This document shows positions 56,609-64,000 of a stretch of DNA of 64,000 bases, in pieces. Numbering within the stretch: the stretch's first letter is position 1; the number at the start of each line of letters is the position of its first letter. This stretch comes from Octopus vulgaris (taxonomy: Eukaryota), in the NCBI GenBank assembly GCA_951406725.2, contig OX597828.1, forward strand, positions 73,656,001-73,720,000, read 5' to 3'. A program made the position numbers and the translations under genes. The notes under the pieces are model-generated. The model did no database searches, was not told the DNA's origin, and saw only the letters and a list, made by a program, of their open reading frames with translations.

Positions 56609-56644
<36 letters not shown>

Positions 56645-56723
56645 CACACAAGAATATACTTACATATATTTATGCATGTATCAATATATACATAGATATC
56701 TAAACATCTATACACACACACAC

Positions 56724-56754
<31 letters not shown>

Positions 56755-56765
56755 CATACATACAT

Positions 56766-56835
<70 letters not shown>

Positions 56836-57068
56836 GGATGGATGGATGGATGGATGGATGGATGGATGGATGGTGTCTTCTGATTTTAGTAATATAAATT
56901 CTTCGGCTGAGGGTGGAACTGGTTTCTAATAAGAATACAAAGCTCAGTCATTGGAATGTATATAAAAATAATAGCACTTTTCAAACTTGAGAAAATTCTT
57001 GCATACATTTACTGTTCCGCTTACAGATTGTATTTGAAATATGAGAGTTAGTGGGATGATATTTTTAA

Positions 57069-57445
57069 TCTTTTGCTTGTTTCAGTCATTTGACAGCGGC
57101 CATGCCGAAGCACCGCCTTTAGACGAACCAATTGGACTTATTCTTTGTAAGCCTAGTACTTATTTTATCGGTCACTTTTGCCGAAACGTTAAGTGACGGC
57201 AACGTAAACACACCAGCATCGCTTGTCGAGCGATGGTGGGGGAAGGGACGAACACAGACACACAAACACAAACACACACACATATATATATATATACATA
57301 TATACGACGAGCTTCTTTCAGCTTCTGTCTACCAAATTCATTCACAAGGCTTTGGTCGGCCCGAGGCTATAGTAGAAGTCACTTGCCCAAGGTGCCACGC
57401 AGTGGGACTGAACCCGGAACCATGTGGTTGGTAAGCAAGCTACTT
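57069..57445 (-). mobile_element. SINE family D, near full length
   Basis: Colinear with 22958-23330. Confidence 0.85.
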
Positions 57446-57539
57446 TATTTCCTAAAAATTGCCATAAAGGCATTACAAAGAGTAGCTGCGGGCTGAACAT
57501 ATACATTGATGAGGTGAATGATGAAATAAGGATGATATT

Positions 57540-58700
57540 GATGTTTTTTTAAACAGAATAAACAAAGCGAGGTATTGAACCTCTCACAACAGTTTTTACA
57601 GTTTTTGGACTTAATAGTCCATTACAAATATTAACATGCAAAAAATATTCAATATACAATCAACAATAGTCCATTTACAAATGAGGTGCTGGGCCTCTTA
57701 CACTTTATAACAGTGAGGTTTTTCAAACTCTTGTCAATTTTTCACCTCAACGAGGTATTGAACATCTTACTACAGTTCTTACAATTATTGGACTAAATAG
57801 TCAATAACATGCAATAATATACAATGAAATATTCAATACATAATCAACACTAGTCCATTTACAAATGAAGCGCTCAGCCTCTTACACATTATAACACTGA
57901 GGCTTTTCAACCTCTTGTCAATTTTCCATAATCGCATAATCGCTTGTGTCCGTGTATTCCGCCATAGCCCATGCTTCGTTTAAAATCAAGGCGGGCTCCG
58001 AGTTGGCGTCACCCGGCCACGAGCGATATTCTTCTTTTAGTCCCTTCAGCAACGTTATGACCTCCACAGCTATCTGCGGAGGCCATTCGGGGTCCTGTGT
58101 GAAGGCCAAAGGTATTCCCTTGTACCGTTCTTTCACTATCTTTTCCACCTCTCCGCCCCTATAAAAGAAGACCGACAGTTTCAGGTCCATCGGATCCGGG
58201 TCGGTCAATTTTCCCGTTGCCGGCACAATTCCCGCCAATGGAGTCCCCCTCCTCCGGTGACACAACCGACGAAGCTCCGTGACACTCCGGCGTCATGTCT
58301 CTGACTGCCGGCAATGTCCCGTTTCTCCTCCTCTTCCTCTGTTTTTTCTTCTCGACTGGTGGAGGGTGCGTCTTCTCCGTGACCTGAAGATTCGCCTCTC
58401 CTCCCTCATCCCCAGGATCCTTCGGTGAGCAACCATTATTGCTCTCCTTCTTCCTTTTGCGGCTCTTCTTTGAGGAGTCCTCCGTCTCTTCGACCGCCTT
58501 CATTCCCTCCTCTACAGAGGTCTCCATCAACCGCTTCGGGATTTTGCTTTGCTCTTGAGAACAGTTGTTTTTTATATGGCCAGGCTTCAAGCACCGATGA
58601 CACTTGGTGGGGGGCGTCCATCAAGAATCACCAGATACTTAGACCCGGCCATTCTCAAAGTTGCCGTCGCACACGAATGGACGGCCATCATGTATGTAAA
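57540..58700 (-). mobile_element. Retroelement-like fragment with a gag/ORF1-type CCHC zinc knuckle, frameshifted, followed by a duplicated 3' region
   Basis: KCHRCLKPGHIKNNC (C-x2-C-x4-H-x4-C) at 58602-58561; ORFs 58159-58590 and 57918-58265 overlap as a frameshifted continuation; 183-bp tandem duplication 57568-57925. Confidence 0.65.
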
Positions 58701-58808
58701 CATGGATTCATTCTACCTCTCCATCGATCGTTGGTTCGTTCTCTCATTCTCACTATCTCTATACGATTGCTATTTTCACCCTCTATCATATATATATATA
58801 TATACGTA

Positions 58809-59128
58809 GGATTCTGTGGGTTACGACGAAGAGGGGCCCAGCTGATACGATCAACGGAACAGCTTCCTAGCGAAATTGACGTGCAAGTGGCTGAGAACTC
58901 CACAGACACGTGTACCCTTAATGTAATTCTCAGGGAGATCCAGAGTGACACACAGTGTGACAAGGCTAGCCCCTTTGAAATACAAGTACAACTCATTTGT
59001 GCCAACTGAATGGACTGGAACAACTTCAAATAAAGTGTCTTGCTCAAGGACACAACGCGTTGCCCGGAATTGAACTCACAAACTTACAATTGTGAGCCGA
59101 ATGCCCTAACCACTAAGCCACACGCCTT
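58809..59128 (-). mobile_element. SINE family C
   Basis: tRNA-like head (GGCGTGTGGCTTAGTGGTTAGGGCATTC...GAGTTCAATTCC) plus CORE-like region. Confidence 0.85.
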
Positions 59129-59247
59129 CACACACACACACATATATATATATACACAAACATATATATAATACCATTCAAAGAATCATAAAAGTGTGTG
59201 TGTGTGTGTGTCTGTGCGTGCGTGCGTCTGTCTGTGTGAGTGTGTGT

Positions 59248-59289
<42 letters not shown>

Positions 59290-59699
59290 TGTGCGTGCGT
59301 GTATGCTTTTGTGTCTGTGTGAGTGTATGCATACAATACTGATCCAATGTTAAAACAATCTACATTTCCGATTGCCGATAATGTGTATTGTCTTCATTCT
59401 TTTTGAGGCCCGCAAATTGATCTTTAACAATCCTAACCGACGTCAACGCAAACACAATCATTTACAACTCATGTCTGTAATGGGTTACGACCGCTGAAAA
59501 TTCACTGAAATCATGTAAATTCAAGAATTAGCATTTCTCTTCACGGATCATAATGGAATTGAAATATTTATAGATTACTTAATAAATTTACAAGTTTTAT
59601 TCGGTAATTATTCAAAACGAGACTCATGGGAAATAGTTCTTCGCATCTGTTCTTCCAGAAATTATATAGTTTATTTGAAGTTTAGACAGATGCATGCGT

Positions 59700-60378
<679 letters not shown>

Positions 60379-60630
60379 GAATGTTTCTCTATGTATGTGT
60401 AATTGTTACCCTATGCATGAAAACAAAGGATATTTACTAAATAGAGGAATCTATCAACGCCAAGCGTCTTATGTTTAATATAAATTTATTGCAGCGCAAT
60501 TTTTCGCGCGTCTACCAGCATCTCTCTGGATTATTAGAAATATGGAAATATGATGGAAACCTGAAGAAATTTTATAAGTCTCTGTCATTAAAATCAAAAT
60601 AGACATACACACGCACATACAAACACACAC

Positions 60631-60699
<69 letters not shown>

Positions 60700-60704
60700 C
60701 ATAC

Positions 60705-60735
<31 letters not shown>

Positions 60736-60799
60736 AATATATATATATATACATTCATATATATGAATATACATACTTTGATTTTATTTAATAATTTCA

Positions 60800-62040
60800 G
60801 ATTGAGAGCTGCGTATATGCCGTAGTACTTTCTTTAGATGTGCTTCACTTTCGCTACTTCAAAGCACTTCTGATATGTGGCATTTGTTGAACAAGGAATT
60901 TGAAGTTGCAGTCCTCATCTGCGTTCATTACAGGGAGGCAGGTTCGTCTGGAACTCTTGACAGGAGGGGATCCAGTTCTGCTTTGAAGATGCCTACATCC
61001 ACCCCATGTGCATCTCTCGGGCTCGCGGGGAAGGATATTGAAGAGCTGTTGACCCTTGAAAGCCAAGCTGTTGCAGTGTCTGGTCTTGTATCTTGATGTA
61101 AATGCTGTTGTTTATGCAAGTTTCAACGCCAGTTTCTAGTAAAGAATCATCTAGGCTTTGCCAAATACATATCGCTGCGTATCTTCCAGCCATCATTCTG
61201 AGTAGAGATTTTAACTTTTTAGTTTCTCGTAATAGCTCACATATTACATTGAGACGATCTTCTTTGTGCATCTTCGCTGGATTGCTTCGATTTCCGTCCT
61301 CAGTTTTACATTGTGGTAATCAAACGTGTCAGAGATAATCTAAACGGTTGAGAAGAAGACTGTCCTGTTTTCCGTTTCTCTCGTTCCGAAAGTTTTAAGC
61401 ATTTATCTGGACGGCCGTCTGAATATTATTGCCAACTTAGTAATATTCACCTGGAAGATTGCATCATTACTTGTGTCAATGCCTAAGTTTCGCACTGATT
61501 TTGATTCCGAAATTGAAATCACTCCAGAGCCAGTGTATCCTGCCAGCATTTCATTCCGCTTCGCGTTTTAGTAGCGCAGATTTTGGAATTTTCGAGTATT
61601 AAACTGCATGTTACTGCTTTCAACCCATCTATATATTGTGTCCAATACCTGTTGTAGGTGCGCATCAAATCCAGGGTTCTCTTTCTTCTGAGAGACATTT
61701 GCATCATCAGCATAGCAAGCAAGTGTGGCTATCTAAGCAGTTGAGGGCTTCTCTGAGAGTGCCACTATGAACAATTCACACCCCACGACAGGGTCCTGTT
61801 GGACAGCACTCATTACCTTCTTTTCCTTGGCCAGCACTACATGGCTTCTATCTTTTAGAAAGTTATGCAATCACTCTCGGAGTTTTTCGACTTTGCCGAA
61901 ATTATGCGGCTTCTGACATTCCATACTATGACCGACTTTATTAAAGACATTTACAATGCCGAGATATATCACGTACACATTTCTGTTATTATCTGCTTTA
62001 ACACCCAGTCGTAGAGTGCAAGAGATGCGTGTATAAATTT
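60800..62040 (-). mobile_element. CR1-group LINE, RT and C-terminal relic
   Basis: Minus strand has LYDWVLKQ...NFLKDR, LACYADDA, NMQFN..KFQ, VRNLGI, RYAAICIW, FKGQQLFNILP and FKAELDPLLSRVPDEP, with frameshifts. Confidence 0.85.
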
Positions 62041-62419
62041 CGAAGTCACTGTTAGTTTAGGCACTGCACTGACATGCGTATTAGTTTCCCAATTTCGAGG
62101 AGTATTTTTATTGTCATTAAAATTAAAATGTGTTTTAAAATATTCCAAAATAAATTCGTTCAATAATGGAATGAGAAAATCTAAGATACAAAATACAGCA
62201 CAATTATTCAAATCATGATAGTTTTCTTTTGATTTGACAGAATTTTATACCATTCCATTCTACGTGTGACTGAAATCCATACATTTACATAAATAATAGA
62301 ATTGACACATCGCACTCTGTAAGTCTTGCGAGCATTGATCTTAACACCAAATATATTTGACATAAGTCAGGATTTGGTAAACACGTTAATTCAATTGTCA
62401 CTGTTCGTACTGCATATGT

Positions 62420-62458
<39 letters not shown>

Positions 62459-62877
62459 TATGTGTGCGTGCGCATGTGTGTGTGTGTGTGTGTGAGTACA
62501 TACATATACTAAAAAGGAAAAATAAGACAATGCATTGATAAAATTATCATGAATAACGAGTCAAAATATTTTCAAGTTTATCAAATTATGCTACCGGTTT
62601 CAGTCGTTGAAAACGGCGATTTAGTCATGCTGAAATGCAATGGCAAATAAGTTGATAGTCGTTAAATTAATCATTCACAATATCAATTTGAAAATCAGTG
62701 TGATTTTAATCTCCAAATAAAACAATATGTTATGAAGAAAACATATATCTTCATTTCAATAATTTAAGTGAGGCTTAAATTGGTTTGCTAGCCTACCTTC
62801 ATACACCTCAGAAGGACATACACAAAGCCCAGCGTAAACCGATGCTATCACGTTCACAAACACACATACACACGCCC

Positions 62878-62925
<48 letters not shown>

Positions 62926-63200
62926 TATATGATTATGTGTATGCGTTATATATAAAATACATATGGACGCCTATATATAAATACACACACACACATATAT
63001 ATATAAATTTTTATGCATATTAGAAATATGCATCCCATGAAAATATTTGTATGTGTATATACATATATTTTTACATATATTATATACTTAAATGACTGGT
63101 CGGTTACATACCTATATATATATAGACACACACACAGATACGGAGGCAGAGAGAATCAGAGAGATAGATAGATATAGATATATAGTTAGATAATTACATG

Positions 63201-63242
<42 letters not shown>

Positions 63243-63245
<3 letters not shown>

Positions 63246-63434
63246 TACATAAATATAAGGGGGAATTTTTAAAACCACTATGTGGAAACCCTTATGCTAG
63301 AAGAAGATCCGCTACGGTCTTAACCACTGAGAATTGTTCTCCAGAAAATTTCAGAAAACCATAACGTCTCTACTTCTAGCATAAGGGTTTCCACATAGTG
63401 GTTAAAAAAATCCGCCTCTTATATTTATGTATGA
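63243..63434. repeat. Inverted repeat (about 65-bp arms) beside (TA)n, possibly a Penelope-like terminus
   Basis: 63243-63307 pairs with 63367-63434; begins ATAAATATAAGGG like the 51161 cassette. Confidence 0.7.
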
Positions 63435-63534
63435 AATACTATTTACTGAATCTCAGTTTTTTTATATGCTTGACCACTGGTGTTAAAATTGATGTTATCA
63501 AATTAATATCCAATTTTTCACCCTCATTTTGATT

Positions 63535-63569
<35 letters not shown>

Positions 63570-64000
63570 ACTCAGCGCGCGTGCGAGTTTATGTGTGCAA
63601 GTAGCCGCTTGTGTTTTGTGCGTGTGTGAGTAATATCATTAGATTAATGCAAAATAATACTAAAGTACGATTGTCTTCTCCGATCTATTATCAATAAAAA
63701 TAACAGTTGTGGAAATACTCGTTCTTACCTATAATCACGCCGAAGGTGAATCGGTCGTAATGGGGGTGGGTGGGAATGATGTAGAAATGGTTAACAGATT
63801 ATATACAGTATAATAGTCTGTGTTGTCTTGGTAGCCAACTTTTAAAGAAACAAGAAATTTTATTGGCCATATTCTATAAAACAAAGAACACTTATTGACA
63901 TAAGTGTGCACTATAAGTATTCTAAACGTGTGGCGTTATTATTCGTATTATTGGTTTCAAATCCTAGCACAAGACCAAATATGGTTAGTTATATAAATAA

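Overview
AT-rich, microsatellite-saturated eukaryotic DNA, intergenic or intronic. The SINE families and repeat landscape look like an octopus (coleoid cephalopod) genome; this is inference from pattern recognition, not a database result. Almost all ORFs in the supplied track are microsatellite translations, and no host gene can be called with confidence. The real content is a nested transposon landscape: a near full-length mariner (DD34D) inserted in a SINE, a decayed Tc1, a non-autonomous Helitron, R4/Dong-type LINE fragments sitting in (TAA)n, RTE and CR1-group LINE relics, a zinc-knuckle gag/ORF1-only element and many tRNA-derived SINEs with shuffled head/tail modules. The most interesting signal is a set of short Penelope-like cassettes with inverted arms that carry type I hammerhead ribozyme motifs. 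One inverted pair at 51.4-51.8 kb includes an apparently intact copy, and several motifs have unusually long stem II inserts or a variant core.
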